Shown piece after piece: positions 30,081 to 44,354 of a stretch of 64,000 nucleotides of DNA (position 1 is its first letter; each line of letters opens with the position of its first letter). The position numbers were made by a program, and so were the translations under genes. Source of the stretch: Eledone cirrhosa (taxonomy: Eukaryota); contig OZ024753.1 in assembly GCA_964016885.1 (NCBI GenBank), positions 19,964,001 to 20,028,000 on the forward strand. Reading direction: 5' to 3'. The notes below the pieces were generated by a model that saw nothing but the letters and a program-made list of their open reading frames with translations, was not told the DNA's origin and ran no database searches.

Positions 30081-30680
30081 GGTGGATTGGCAGTATCGGT
30101 GGAGCGTCGGACAACATGCTTTATGGCATAGAGTTACGGCCCTTTACTATTGAGTTCAAAAACCGCCGGGGTAAGCTTTGCCTTTCAATCTTACGAGGTC
30201 GATAAAATAAAATACCTGTACTACACCTGGGTCGATTTAATCCGAAACCAATACATACTGTAGTCACATATCTAGAATATTCTAATTATTTCTACTTTAG
30301 GTACAAGACCAACAATTACCCCAGTGCATTACTGGTATTATATGCTATCGACCCCGTAATGATGAAAGGCAAAGTTAACTTCGGGAGGATTTGAACTCAG
30401 AACGTAAAGGTCCGCAACTCTATGCTGCAAAGCATGTGTTCTGACGCTCTACCGATACTGCCAATCCCCCACCCAATAGACTATTATAATAATTGTTTCT
30501 ACTTTTTTGGCACAAGGCCAGCAATTACTCAGTGCATTACTGGTACTTTATTTTATCGACCCCGTAAGGATGAAAGGCAAAGTTAACCTTGGCAGGATTT
30601 GAACTCAGAATGGCAAGGGCCGTAACTCTATGCTTCAAAGCATGGCGTCCGACTCTCTACCGATACTGCCAATCCACCGC
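30081..30680. mobile_element. Cluster of three SINE copies (30081-30240 plus; 30284-30472 minus; 30491-30680 minus)
   Basis: Same SINE family. Confidence 0.85.
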
Positions 30681-30942
30681 ACTATTATAATAATCACAGA
30701 AACATATGTTAAAGCCAATAAATTCTTACTCTGCTTTTCGCCGAAGTCTATATCTTTGGTGGTGCTACATTTGCTTATATGATATACACCGTCATCTCTT
30801 TTGGGCCTACATAACATACTCCCCCGCCTGGATATTTGTGTTTAGGAGTCAAAGGATACCGCCGAGACAAATTCTCTGGTAAGCAGTTATCTTGGTTAAG
30901 CATTCATTCCTAATATACATAAACAAAACTTTATCTAGCCTC

Positions 30943-31002
<60 letters not shown>

Positions 31003-31153
31003 GAGGCTTGATATTTATATATACATACATATATAGAGAGAGAGCGGGGGGAGAGAGGGAGAAAGAGAGAGAAAGCGAGAGATGGTGAGAGAAATAAAGA
31101 GAGAGGGAGGGAGAGAGAGAAAGAAGGAGTGAGAGAGAGAGGGGGAGAGAGAG

Positions 31154-31212
<59 letters not shown>

Positions 31213-31619
31213 CATAATGGACGAGAACATAATAAGAACATTTTTAGTGTCTCAGATAGAAAATAAATATTTATTCTTTATATAATTTCTATCTCCATTT
31301 CCGATGTATTACACGCTTCTTTGATTACAGAATATTTTATTTTATAACTAAATTTCTAAAAGAAGAGATGGGAATGAAGTTGGCGGAAATGATTCGATAT
31401 ATTTGGTATTTAAAGGAGAGATAACTATTCGTTTTAACTAGACAAACAGATTGCTATGTCTCTCCGTTTCTATGTGGTCTAATATTTTTATCTTCATAGT
31501 AATATATACATGTCTCATTTCTGATTTTGATTTCTATGTTTTTGTTCTTTGTTGAGAGTATTGACATGCGCAGTCGGGCTGGAAGTAATAGCATGACTGG
31601 TGGGTGTAATAATCAGTCG

Positions 31620-32365
31620 GCTGGAATTTGCAGACGACTGGGTGTTACTCGACAGAATGTGATATCTGTTTTGTAGTTAATAGGTTTGATGCCGAATTCT
31701 GCATGGCTGGAGGGAATAGCACTGTTTCGAAAACTGAGACACTCGTCCATCTGCGCAGTGCACTCTCCATGTGAAAGGGGCTTCCCTGAAACATGTGGAG
31801 AAGTTGAAATATTACGGGGATGTTCACGAGTGATGGAAGGCAAGAGGCCGAAAAGAGTGCAAGAATTGCAGGAGCTGATGCAGTAATGTGCCAGATTCAG
31901 CATTCGGAAATCAGAAAAAGGAAGGTAGATGTAAAAGACAAACTCGCTGTCTTAAATTCGTGCCAACCCTTACCTATGGTCATGAATTTTGGATAATGAC
32001 CAAAAGAATACGATCGCAAATACTAGAAACCGAAATGGGGTTCCTCCGAAAGATCTTTGGTATAACGTTACTCTATAGAGTGCGTAGGTAGAGCCGCTAC
32101 TTCTCTGAATTGAGTTATAACAGCTACGAGAGCATGTTGCTAGAATATCTCGGGAAGAATCGCTGGACAGATTTTAGGGGCAAAACCACCAGATAGGAAA
32201 CCCAGGTGGTAGACCCCGAGCAAAATGGTTGCATAACATCTATGAGCTTGGCTGGTCTTGTTTAGGGATCCAGGCGGATCAGTTGAAGACTGTTGTATCT
32301 GACAAGACACACTGGAAGGAGTGTATGAAGATTCTGCTCCCACGACTCTCTCAGGAATAATGAGC

Positions 32366-32396
<31 letters not shown>

Positions 32397-32433
32397 AAGA
32401 AGAAGAAGAAGAAGAAGAAGAAGAAGAAGAAGA
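31620..32433 (+). mobile_element. Decayed RTE-clade LINE 3' end with (GAA)n tail
   Basis: FVPTLTYGHEFWIMTKRIRSQILETEMGFLRKIFGITL and a GRKPR.RPR..W-like C-terminus, followed by a short-repeat tail. Confidence 0.85.
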
Positions 32434-33183
32434 AACACCAAAGAGTCGATATTTTGTCAAATTAACACAGGTTTCAGCCAATATTGATTCATCTCAAGGA
32501 TATGAGACTAAAAAATCAGGAATCTTAGAATTTTCTTAAGAATAAAGAGTTTTTATCTAAGTTTCCATTATGATTTCGTACTTCAAGCATCAGAAATAGG
32601 CGCAAAATCTGAATTACATATAACAAGTGTTCAGATAGGAAACGTTTTTCTCATAAAGTTTTAAGCTTAATATAGTTCCAGGATTAGCATGACAAGTTGA
32701 TTCATTTCATCACACATATAACACGTAAAACTATTTCGTTTCAAACATCGAGAAAATATATAGGATGTTATCAGTGCCGAGGTACTGATCACGGGTACAA
32801 TAATTGACGAATAGGAAGCGCGGGAAAATGACGGTAAAAAATAAAAGCTTTATTATTCATAGATACATGTTTCTATATATCATAATTTATCAAATAACAC
32901 CAAGAATCTGGTTGTGAACATAAATGTAACTAACTCCTTTTCTCATATGAGGTACGCCATTTTGAATGTTTCACAACGTTGATTATACGGATGTTTTCAC
33001 TCTAACATTTCCTTATAATCACTTTAAGACGATAAATTGGCAGAGTCATTTGAACATCAGATAGAATAATTTATGGTATTCGTTCCAGCTCTCTCAGTTC
33101 ATATCCCACCGATTTCAACTCTGCCTTTCATCCTTTCAAATCGATAAAAAAAAGTACTAGTCTAATACTGGGCGGTTAAATAC

Positions 33184-33900
33184 TTGGTGGAAAAACATAG
33201 AGAAATGATTCCCACCAGATTCACAGCGCCACTTATATTAGACGCAGTCAAACTTATTCTGGAAAACAACACTTTTTTCTTCAAGGGAAAGAATTACATC
33301 CAAATTAGAGGCACAGCGATGGGAACGAAGTTTGCTCCCGTTTACGCGAACTCTGTAATGGGATACTTAGAATAACAAACCTACCAAGAAATAGAGGAAA
33401 AATATAGCACTGATTTTAGAAAGTACGTTGAAAAATCTTGGAAGAGATACCTTGACGACTGTTTCATCATCTGGACAGAATCTCTAGATACACTGGATGA
33501 GTTCAATATCCTCCTGAATAACCTACACCCATCTCCCCAATTCGCAAAAGAGATGAGTAGTACCAAATTACCATTCCTAGATATAATGGTAATCAAAAAC
33601 GACATCACCATTACCACGGATATATATTATAAACACACAGACACCCACCAATATCTGAATTTTAAGTCGTGCCATCCACCTCATACAAAACGCAACATCA
33701 CATACTGCCTAGCCAGAAGAATGTGTACCATTGTAGAATATACGAATACCAAGAACAAACGCCTAACAGAACCGAGAGAAATTTTGCTCAAAGAAAAATA
33801 CCCATCTCTACTTATAGAAAATGGCATACAGCGGGCTATAAAAATACCTATACAACAACTTAGGACAACCGAAGGAAGAAGAAACCAAGAACGCTTTTCA
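33184..33900 (+). pseudogene. Penelope-like RT fragment (motifs 4-7 + thumb)
   Basis: [37 protein letters not shown]; in-frame stop at 33373 and a frameshift. Confidence 0.92.
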
Positions 33901-33973
33901 CTGTATATAAGGCTCAACATTTAACCAACTCATTACAGTTGAAAATTGCAAACGTGAATGTCAACACAGAATA

Positions 33974-34012
33974 TGAACCAGAAGATTGCTAAAGCAGGAA
34001 AGTACTTGTTCA
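33974..34012 (+). ncRNA. Minimal hammerhead, family C (core CAGAAGA), downstream of the PLE RT fragment
   Basis: TGAAC-CAGAAGA-TTGC(TAAA)GCAG-GAAA-GTAC-TT-GTTCA. Confidence 0.65.
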
Positions 34013-34163
34013 ATTAACACTTAACATTTAATATTCTACCATACTATTTCATTCTAATACCATTATAATTTTAAAGGATTGTAAATAAAACGAGTAAATC
34101 AGACAAAGTTGGAATTCCTTTTATTAATATAATCTTCTATACACAATCATACACACCCATGTA

Positions 34164-34256
<93 letters not shown>

Positions 34257-34730
34257 GTGTGTTTCTGTGCGTGTGAGAATGTGTGTATGTTCGAGTATGT
34301 GTGTCCGTGTGAGAGTGTGTGTGCGAGTATGTGTGTGTGTGTGAAATAAACGTTAAGACAGCTGCTACACGATTGTATTTATTGGACACTACGTATTTCA
34401 GTGACACCACTGTGGGGATGTAAACGGATATTATAACAGCAACCGGCATCGGTGTAACATCATCACATGCTAACATATTTCTGTAAAGGAGTTGTCACAG
34501 GCAAATGCATCCATGTTTGCGAATTTCAAGTGAAATACGTATTATCCAATAAATACTATTTTGCATCATCTGTCTTATCGGTTATTTGGCACATGAATAC
34601 TACGTCGCGTTTGGTGGTCAGCGTTATGCTGGATACATTCAACTGACGTGGAGTGATTTTCCCAGCTTTCACCTGTTAACCAGCGAGACGACAGAACGAA
34701 ACACTCGTGGATAAGGAAGACAGGAACTAG

Positions 34731-34901
<171 letters not shown>

Positions 34902-34904
34902 AGT

Positions 34905-34944
<40 letters not shown>

Positions 34945-35708
34945 ATAACAGAATGTATCGCACATTTTTTGTGTCATTATAATATTCAGTGTAGATGCAA
35001 ACCCACACACTTGTATTTATATATATGGATGTGCGTCTGTATATGTGTATGTATATCTATGAATATATTTAGAAGAATGCATTTTTATATGTGGAGGTAT
35101 GTGTCTGTGTGTGCCGGTGTATGGGCAGGTATGTATGTGTGTGTGAGTAGGTGTGTATGTTTCTGTGTGTATCTATGTAGATCGCTGTGTGGGGAAGTGT
35201 GTGCCTGTTTATGTGGAGGTGTGTGTCTGTGTGTGGGGAAGTGTACATATTCAGAAAATTATTATTAGACGATCGGAGTAGCTGCATGTAAACGTAATTT
35301 TTTTTTTACTATAGTCGTAATATTAGTAAAATTTCAATTTCTGATCCTGAACGACACCTTATAATTACAAAGAAGCCTTTAGAATCTTGGCGATATATCT
35401 ATGGATTCTTTTTATATTCCTTCTAACTTTTAATGATATCATAGCAATATATTTTGAAGCTATGAACATTTGCCATATTTTGTCTCTTATTTTATTTCTT
35501 ATTTATTGAGTTTGGCATATATATCCAATTATATTTGATCGTGCTAAGAACTCACTAAAACTAATTTTCTTGGTTGTTAACAATCTTATCATTTCTTTTA
35601 AATATGAGAAACCGACTGTATATCTTTCTTTCAAGTTTTATTTTATTCGTTGTATATTATTATTATCATTATTATGAATAAATAATAAATAAATAAATAA
35701 ATAAATCA

Positions 35709-35779
<71 letters not shown>

Positions 35780-36193
35780 TGAAACTAACAAATAAACGAA
35801 ATTCTGGAAAAAATAATGCTGTGAAGAAAATATCGGAAGCAGGAAAATAAATAAAACCTTACCAGAAAATAATGATATCCTTACTTATATAAATAGTTTC
35901 AACTATCAAGTGCTTCGGCAGCGAAATAGTATATTTTGGGATTATTAAACCCTATATCATGTAAATCATATATATTTGTACATTTACATATTCATTTTGT
36001 AGAGTATGGAGTAAAAATGGAGAATGTGAGGCGAGGAAACCAGCAAGATGATCGTATTAGCAATTTACATATTATGGCAGCCATCTTGTTGCCTATAAAA
36101 AATGTCATCATTAATGATGATATATTTTATAAGCAATAAAATAGGACATTTCTATGCTGTTAATGTGCCTATATATTTTGGGGGAGCACTCTG

Positions 36194-36283
<90 letters not shown>

Positions 36284-36862
36284 CATATAGATATATATGA
36301 TGTCTCCAACTCGATTTCGAGTAATGCCAACATTTGATAATTAAGCATGAGCATCACTGATGGGTTTTTTAGTCCAGTTAGGGACCTGCCTATGGCCAGC
36401 AATACCATGCATAGCTGAAATGCCACATGCCAAGCGATGCCTGTGATTGAAGCTTTTTTAAGTGAGGAAAGGTTTTGCACGGGGGGCCATTCTCACTCTC
36501 TGAACATCAAATACATTTACTTTAAAAGAAGAACTGATCTATAAATAAAGTCGCAGATTTTATTTCACAGTGGCCTTTTCCCAGATAGATTTCTTAATGA
36601 AGACTAGGGGTCTGTCGCTCAACAAAAAAAGCTTTATTGGATGGCTGTTGACAATTCTGAGGTCCTTTAAATAGTTTTGTCTTTCATCCCTCAGCGTGCC
36701 CAACATTAGGTAAGTTTGGTGGGGTTGCCAGTTTGGTCGCCGACGACCCGACTATGCACAGGTTGAACCCGATTACATATACATATATACAAATATATAC
36801 ATATACAAATATATACATATAGATATATATATACATGTATATATACATATATATACATATAC

Positions 36863-36960
<98 letters not shown>

Positions 36961-37052
36961 GGTCATAATTGGGGAGGGTCAAAATATGATATACTATCGC
37001 CAGAAATATATAATAAAACACACTCACTGGTTGGTTGAGGCTGGTTTTCGCT

Positions 37053-37125
<73 letters not shown>

Positions 37126-38199
37126 CTGGAGAGAACAACAAGATTTATGAATACATATATATCTTTAATGGTTGACACGTTGTTTTAAATACTGCACAGT
37201 AAGAAAGGACATAGGTGGTGAGATATCGAATATAAATCGATATTAGTCCATTAAAAATAAATAAATGTGTCGATAGTATCATCAGGCCAGAATAAATTCC
37301 TTATAACATATTAACTGATAAATCAGAACATATCACCGAAGTGAAAAACTTACTTTAAATGTGGAATGTTGATGTTATGATGTTAAAAGATCGGAAGTGA
37401 AAAAGTGTTATAGCAGCCATTTTGTTTTGGTTTGAAATTGAAGAAGTAAATAACATTCAAAGGAAGATCATTAATGAAAGGGGGAGATAATTAAGTATTG
37501 CTGCTCAGTCAAAAATGAAGAGAGTGATTTTAAAAAGGATAAAAGGAAAGGTGATAATAAAAGGTTGAGAAGATTTTAAGGATACATTAAAAATAAAGAA
37601 TAATACGTTTAGCGAAGAAGAATAGAAACTATAACAAGTTATTAATAGGAAGATGTAAGACAGTTGAAACATGAGGAAGTAATAATAACTATTAGTAGGA
37701 GTTAGTGTGTCTTAAACTTATTGAAATACTAAAAGATAGTTACATTAAATAGGGATATAAGGTCGGTGTATGTAGGTAATAGAATGTAATGTTATAAGAA
37801 GTTGTATTATAGATGAAAACTAAAAAATAGAAAATAGTTTAAGGGAATGTGAAAGGGATAATTAAAGTATTATTTTAAAGGGAATCAAAGATAGGTTTAA
37901 GGATTGGAGGTATTACTACAGTATAGGGTGGGAGAAGGGAAACTCTGGAATGAGTAAGGTTTAGAAAGGATAAGGGAGAGAACAACTAGTAAGGAGGTGT
38001 AGGTAAAGTGTATCAGTGTAAAATTAGTAAAATGAGAGGTGGGATTTAGAAATAAAAGAAAACAAATAAAAAATAGAGAATAAGTAAGATAAGGGAAGGG
38101 GAGATGAAGAACCAAATTAGAAGTAACTATGTGGGCAAAAAAATATACTACCGATGGTGGCAATTAATAACTATTTCATTGTGATCATTAATTGGGCAT

Positions 38200-38800
38200 G
38201 GTTTAGATAATGTTATAAAATACACTTCATATAAGTAAAGCTAACAGTGGTTATTAAGCCTTTTGCAAGAGGGTGTATACAATGTTCGATAGTTTTAGAG
38301 TATTTATATGTCTAGCAAGAGATGTTGGGGATTTTAAGCTACTATTCTTAAAATAAAGTGTGTGTGCATTAAATCGTGTCTTGAAGGGGGTAGCGGTGGC
38401 CCCAATGTACATTTTAATATCGTTAGAAGTGTTGATGGTGCATCTATGAACTACATTATTACTAAGGTATTGTGCTTTAAGCGGGCAATTGCTAGCTATT
38501 CTACAGTTACAGTTGGGGTTAAGGGATGCAGATGGTTTAGGCAAAGCTATAGACTCAATAGGTATAGGTGAGGAAGTAATAAAGTTAGGAGGAATAGAGT
38601 TAAAGTTTGACATATTTCTATGTATATGGTTGTTATGTTTATTCAATTTACTATGGTTACTAGTCAGCCGAATTAGGGGTAGAAGAAAAAGAGAAATTAA
38701 CATTATTTTTATTGAAAAGCTTATAATATTTGTGCTTGAGAGGGAAACTGTTTCGCAGGATAGAGAACATTCTTGGGATGTTATAAGCAATATTAATCGA
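38200..38800 (-). pseudogene. Naiad-like PLE linker + GIY-YIG fragment
   Basis: CNCRIASNCPL (CxCx5C), YIGATATPFKTRFNAH, TSLARHI. Confidence 0.85.
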
Positions 38801-39374
38801 GAAGGATGGATTTAGCCAGGATATATTACGGGCCCTTTTCCGGCACTTGTACTGTGGCTACTAGAATTGTTTACATGTAAGTCATGATAATTCTTTAAAT
38901 AACTTAGGTTAGTAGACAATGTTTATATATATATATATATATATATACATTATGAAGAGAGAAGAAACATTTAGATATAATTAGTAATAAAATGTATCAT
39001 ACCTAAACTGCTCCTAGATTCCTCGACTACGTAGTTTCGTGGCATAAACAAAAACAATACATCATAAAGATATAGAGTCCTTGCGAGGTCTGCCGACTTA
39101 TCAAGAGGATGCCTCATTTTACTAGTCTCAAGAACGCGTCTACACGACGTGAGAAAGAATCCCAAAAGGCGGAGGGGGAGATAGTCACGCGATATAACGG
39201 TCGAGAAACAGAGCTAAGCCTCTTATAACCCCGAAGAAAATACCACGGAGGCGGAGGGGGTATTTATATCGAAGCCGTAGAAGAGGTGGTGAAGGGGGCG
39301 AGAAGTATGAGTAATGGAAGCTTTCCAGCAGTCCCCACACTTCAAAGATTGCTCGACCAGAGGGAGTTATTAAC

Positions 39375-39545
39375 AATATATTTAGAAACACACAGATACA
39401 TGCGGACACACACATATACATGAATGCATCCGCACCCAACCGTGAGCAACATCGGTGAAGTTGGCACCCTTAACTCACGGTTGGGTGCGGATGCATTCAT
39501 GTATATGTGTGTGTCCGCATGTATCTGTGTGTTTCTAAATATATT
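39375..39545. repeat. Perfect 72-bp inverted repeat with 27-nt spacer
   Basis: Arms 39375-39446 and 39474-39545 are exact reverse complements. Confidence 0.9.
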
Positions 39546-39851
39546 ATATATATATATATATAATCTCCGAGAGTTCATCAGGCATCTGTGAACATGTCAG
39601 TGATACCATTATATTTCTTCCCGTTGTATTGTAATGCTTACTTATTCTATTTATTATTTATTTATTTATTGTCCTCTCTGTCTGTGCATGTGTTTGTGTG
39701 CGTATTTCTGTTTGGTGTGTGTTCGTGTCTGTGTGTGTTTGTATTCTATCTTTGTTCACTATCTTTGTTCGTGTGTGGTTGTTTTAATTGTACCTGTGTC
39801 CTTAAGTGACTATTGTGGTTGTGTACGGTTGTTGTTGTTGTTGTCGTTATT

Positions 39852-41295
39852 TCATTCGTTCTTTCTGTTCAACTTCGGTCTTCTCAGTTCGATTTCAGTT
39901 GATTCTCTGATTTGCCCATCTGCTGGGTCTTTTCTCTGTTCAGATATTATTTTAATTTCCATGTTGTCTATGTTATCGTCATCTCTTTGTCTGGCGTGTT
40001 CGTATAGTACTGAACCGTTATTTTGTCCTTTTAATTTCCCCCAGTGCTGGTCTATCCTTTCACCTATGCTACGAGCCGTCTCGCCTATGTATGTCGTTGT
40101 CATGTTTCTGCAAGTGCCCTCTGGACATCTTATGCTATAGACTACATTTCTAGTTTTACAGTTTATCCGGGTGTTTACTTTACATATAACACATTTCCTA
40201 TTAGTACAGTGGATTTTCTTAAAGGGGTAAGTTTTGCTGATCAGAGATTGTATGGTAGTTCCTGGCTTTTCTACCACCTTAATATTTAAATGGGTCTTTC
40301 TAAATTGGTTAGTTAATTTCCCTCCAGGGGTAACGTCCACGAACATGACACTCTGATATCTCTGGTTGTCGTACTATGAAGTGGATCTCCCTATCTTATG
40401 TTTAGTCCTATCTAAGCTATTCCATGATTTGCTGCTGTACAGATCTTATATTTCTCCGTGGTTCCTTTGTATACTCTGATTCTGTCTATTTGGTTGTAGC
40501 CAGAGAACTGCATGCGGTTGATGAAGTGTCGTACGTGTCTTTCCATTTCAGTTGGGTCGCACATGCGGGACACATGTTTCATCACTCTTACCACGTCTGC
40601 GATTAGAATATTAAACTTAGCACTAGTGGACATCGCTGAGTTTTTGAGTATCAGGTATTTGGAGGCCATAGATTTAGCTTAATGTGAGTAGAGGATTTGG
40701 GTTGTCTCGTTTATAGTGTTTAACAAGAGTTTCGTGTCTAATACTGGTAGTCTAGTGTTAGGGTGTTTGGAAGGGTAGTCGATAGTTACTGTGATGCTCC
40801 GCTGTATGGAATTAGCTGTCATCTACGTGAGGAAGAACATGGTGAGGGCTATGGGGTTATCTGCTAAGCGTTCTCAGAGTCCATAAATAGGTTGGCAATA
40901 TCGCCAGTTATGCTGCGAGTAAGGTTTCTAATTAAATTTGAATATGTGGCCCTTTAGGATAGTTTTAATACTAGCCCCTACTGCATGTGCGATCATTTTC
41001 CTCACCTGGTCGTTGTTCTTGAATGTTCGTATAGCTTTGGTCCACCCATTCCATCTTCCTATGGGAGTCGTTTTTTGCCATCAAAGTTATAGTGGGGGTA
41101 CACCTCTTATTGATTTACTGGGGCAGAAACAGCTAAGTTCATAATTATCAAGATATTCTCTATCACATGTAAGTCTAAGTAGGAGGCCCAGTCCGTCAGT
41201 TTCAATATCACAGGACTCTAGCTCACTCTCATTGATTATTTCGACACATTTTTCCACAGCAAAATCAATTTCAATGGATAGGTACAGTGACACTA
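39852..41295 (-). pseudogene. Penelope-like RT + GIY-YIG, same clade as 22060-23511, decayed
   Basis: SLYLSI, CTNRKCVIC, VVYSIRC, YIGETARSIGERIDQH. Confidence 0.92.
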
Positions 41296-41450
41296 CTGTC
41301 TATTTTGTAGTTTGTCAGGAAACAAAGACAACAATAAACAAGACATCTCGTGTATAAGACCTTGGGATTCCAAATTCTTGAATAATACATTTGTAAAAAC
41401 AAAACCAGTCATGAACTAAATGTCTATATTAGAACTAAAACATCCTCCAT

Positions 41451-41590
41451 ATATCCCTACCTCAGACCTGCTCCCCCATAATCCCTACCTCAGACCTCTC
41501 CCATAATCCCTACCTCAGACCTCCTCCATAACTCCTACCTCAGACCTCCCTCCCCCATAATCCCTACCTCAGACCTCCTCCATATGTCCC
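41451..41590. repeat. ~27-bp minisatellite (ATAATCCCTACCTCAGACCTCCTCCC) x ~5
   Basis: Read directly. Confidence 0.85.
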
Positions 41591-42600
41591 AACCCTTGAC
41601 TCACTCTAAATATGAGTATGGGAGACGTTTCCATGTTGCAGTCGTTAAATCACGCAGTTTCTGTATAAGAATAGACATTAAACATATCTGCAGCAACTAC
41701 AACTCCATTGTGTAACAATTTATCCATTGTGTATATATACCAACTTGTGTATATATACCAACTTGTGTATATATACCAACTAGATCATTGCTATGACTAA
41801 CATAACAAACTATTAAAACGGTAGAGCGCCATTCCGCCTGAAAAAGCGATTTCATTGCAATTGACTTTAGTCCGAAATAAACATTAAGTTTGCAAACATT
41901 TTATTCATAAATTCGGTAAGTGGTTAAATATTGAAAGTGGAGCCAATGAGACCTGTTAGTGAAACCTCAATGCTACATGGATAAACGAAAATCATTTTTT
42001 ACACTTGCATGAGTGATCACGAAATTTGCCTTGATAGTAAGTAGATACTTGATAGTATATAGATCTAGGCTAAGATACTAGATAACAGGAAGACTGAACC
42101 TAGATCATCCCCCATAATAAAACCTGTTTCATCCTATCACATTTAGCTACTAATTAGTTGCTCTATAATTACTGTAGTCAGTGTTTTATTTTCTGTGCAA
42201 TATATCTATTTCTCCCATCTAGGATTGATTATACAATTAAATTAAATTATTACTAATTGACTTACGTGCTTGTAATACCATCAGTTCAATTAATCCACTT
42301 CTGTTGCATCAAATTTAATTTAGAAGAGTAGACATCAAGAGTAATCAAAATTGCCTTATCACCTGTTGTGACATCATTAAAATATTTTCTGTAAGCGTGA
42401 ATTGTCCATAAGTCATGTAAATTGTAAGATAGTATTATAGAAACCATTTCGTGACATAAACAAGCAGAACCAATGATATAACGTGTGTATGTATGATATA
42501 GACTAAGTGTTAGTTACTTTTGCGTTCTCCTCTTCCAACTTAAAAGTTTAAAGAATATTTGTAGTATTTATATCTCTGTTGTATATATATATATCTGTGT

Positions 42601-42733
<133 letters not shown>

Positions 42734-42752
42734 GTATATATATATATCCATG

Positions 42753-42791
<39 letters not shown>

Positions 42792-42991
42792 AATACCTAA
42801 CAGGTTTAAATGACCAGCGTGTATATTGTTTTATTTTAAGATGACCTCCCTTTAACCTTTTGGGGACAGGGTGTATTTTATCTTTGGGAGGACTGGTGGA
42901 TTTTAATCTACCTGTCTCTTCTTAGCGCTGAGGGAGACCATCACCATTCTGTTAATGTTGATATAATTCTTATATCGATATTACTTGGTCA

Positions 42992-43115
42992 TCCACTGAT
43001 GAGTTTATAAGTGCCCGCTTGTGTATAAAACTATGGATTATATACAAGTTTCTACATAACCTAGAAATTAGTTATCCCAAATTGTAGAAATCTTATAACG
43101 AAACGGCCGTCTGGA
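42992..43115 (+). ncRNA. Type I hammerhead with ~80-nt branched stem II insertion
   Basis: TCCA-CTGATGA-GTTTATAAG...CTTATAAC-GAAA-CGGCCG-TC-TGGA. Confidence 0.85.
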
Positions 43116-43293
43116 AGGAAAGAGATATTTATTTAATAATGTCTTATATAAAATAATACAACCAATTATCCACGAAATACTGATTAGTTAGCACCCCAAA
43201 CACTAAATTGGGATAATACTTAAGTATATCCTAATGTTTGTTGAGTGAGATGGAGTTGGTCGGAGTATCGTTTAAGGCTTTCTCTGTTTATGT

Positions 43294-43342
<49 letters not shown>

Positions 43343-43764
43343 GTGTTGTATATATATCTTTATCTCTGTTGTATATATATCTGTGTTGTATATATATATA
43401 TATATATCTGTTGTATATATATATATCTGTGTTGTATATATATATATCTGTTGTATATATATATATCTGTGTTGTATATATATATCTGTTGTAAATATAT
43501 ATATATATATATCTATGTTGTATATATATATATATATATAATGTAGGAGGTGAGTTTTATTGTAGTACAATAAAGCAATGCAGATATCGGATAAGAAGCA
43601 CTCTACAGTTTGTAGGACTGGAGTATACATAATATATAAGATCAAAAGTTGGTTAAAGGAGTTCCATGTATTTTATTATGCGCATTTTATTATGCACATT
43701 GATATGTTGATTTAAAACTGCACTATCCACAAGTGTTTTTTAGCCTTCATATCATGTCCTCCTG

Positions 43765-43831
43765 TTTTATCTGATGAAAACACAAATATTATTGCATGAT
43801 GATGTTTGTTTTTGAAATGCGCATAATAAAA
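43765..43831 (+). ncRNA. Type I hammerhead, family G
   Basis: TTTTAT-CTGATGA-AAACACAAATATTAT...ATGATGTTTGTTTTT-GAAA-TGCGCA-TA-ATAAAA. Confidence 0.85.
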
Positions 43832-43861
43832 TACATGGAACTCCTTTAACCATCTTTTGAT

Positions 43862-43899
<38 letters not shown>

Positions 43900-44312
43900 A
43901 AAGAATAGAGGTGTAACACACGAGTTATGATATATTGGTAAAAGGAAAAGAAAATGCTGACAAATTGTTCCCAGTGAAAAATAGTTTAATTAGGAATAAG
44001 TAAAAATTAGTAATAGTATAGGTTAGTATTCAGTTTTGGTTTTAAGTTTTACCGGTTGCGCATTTCTAATGCTTTTCAAAAATAATTTTGAGATAGAGCG
44101 CCCGTGATGTTTGCTCTAATCAGATTATTTTTGGAAATTCTACCTGTTTTATGTTAAAAAAAGTGGCTCCAGATGTATGAAAAAATTATTGTGGTCAAAA
44201 CAATTTTCATTGGTCGGTAGAGGTCATGTGAATGTTAAAAATTGATTTTGCGCCAATGTAGGTTTGTCTCGGCTGATTGAGAAGTCACTGAAAAATAAGT
44301 CTTTCAAGACAA

Positions 44313-44354
<42 letters not shown>

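Noticed and set aside
32815-32965. E2F-like GCGCGGGAAAA and YY1-like CGCCATTTT motifs with ATGACG-GT
   Set aside because: Short motifs only; no downstream exon could be linked.
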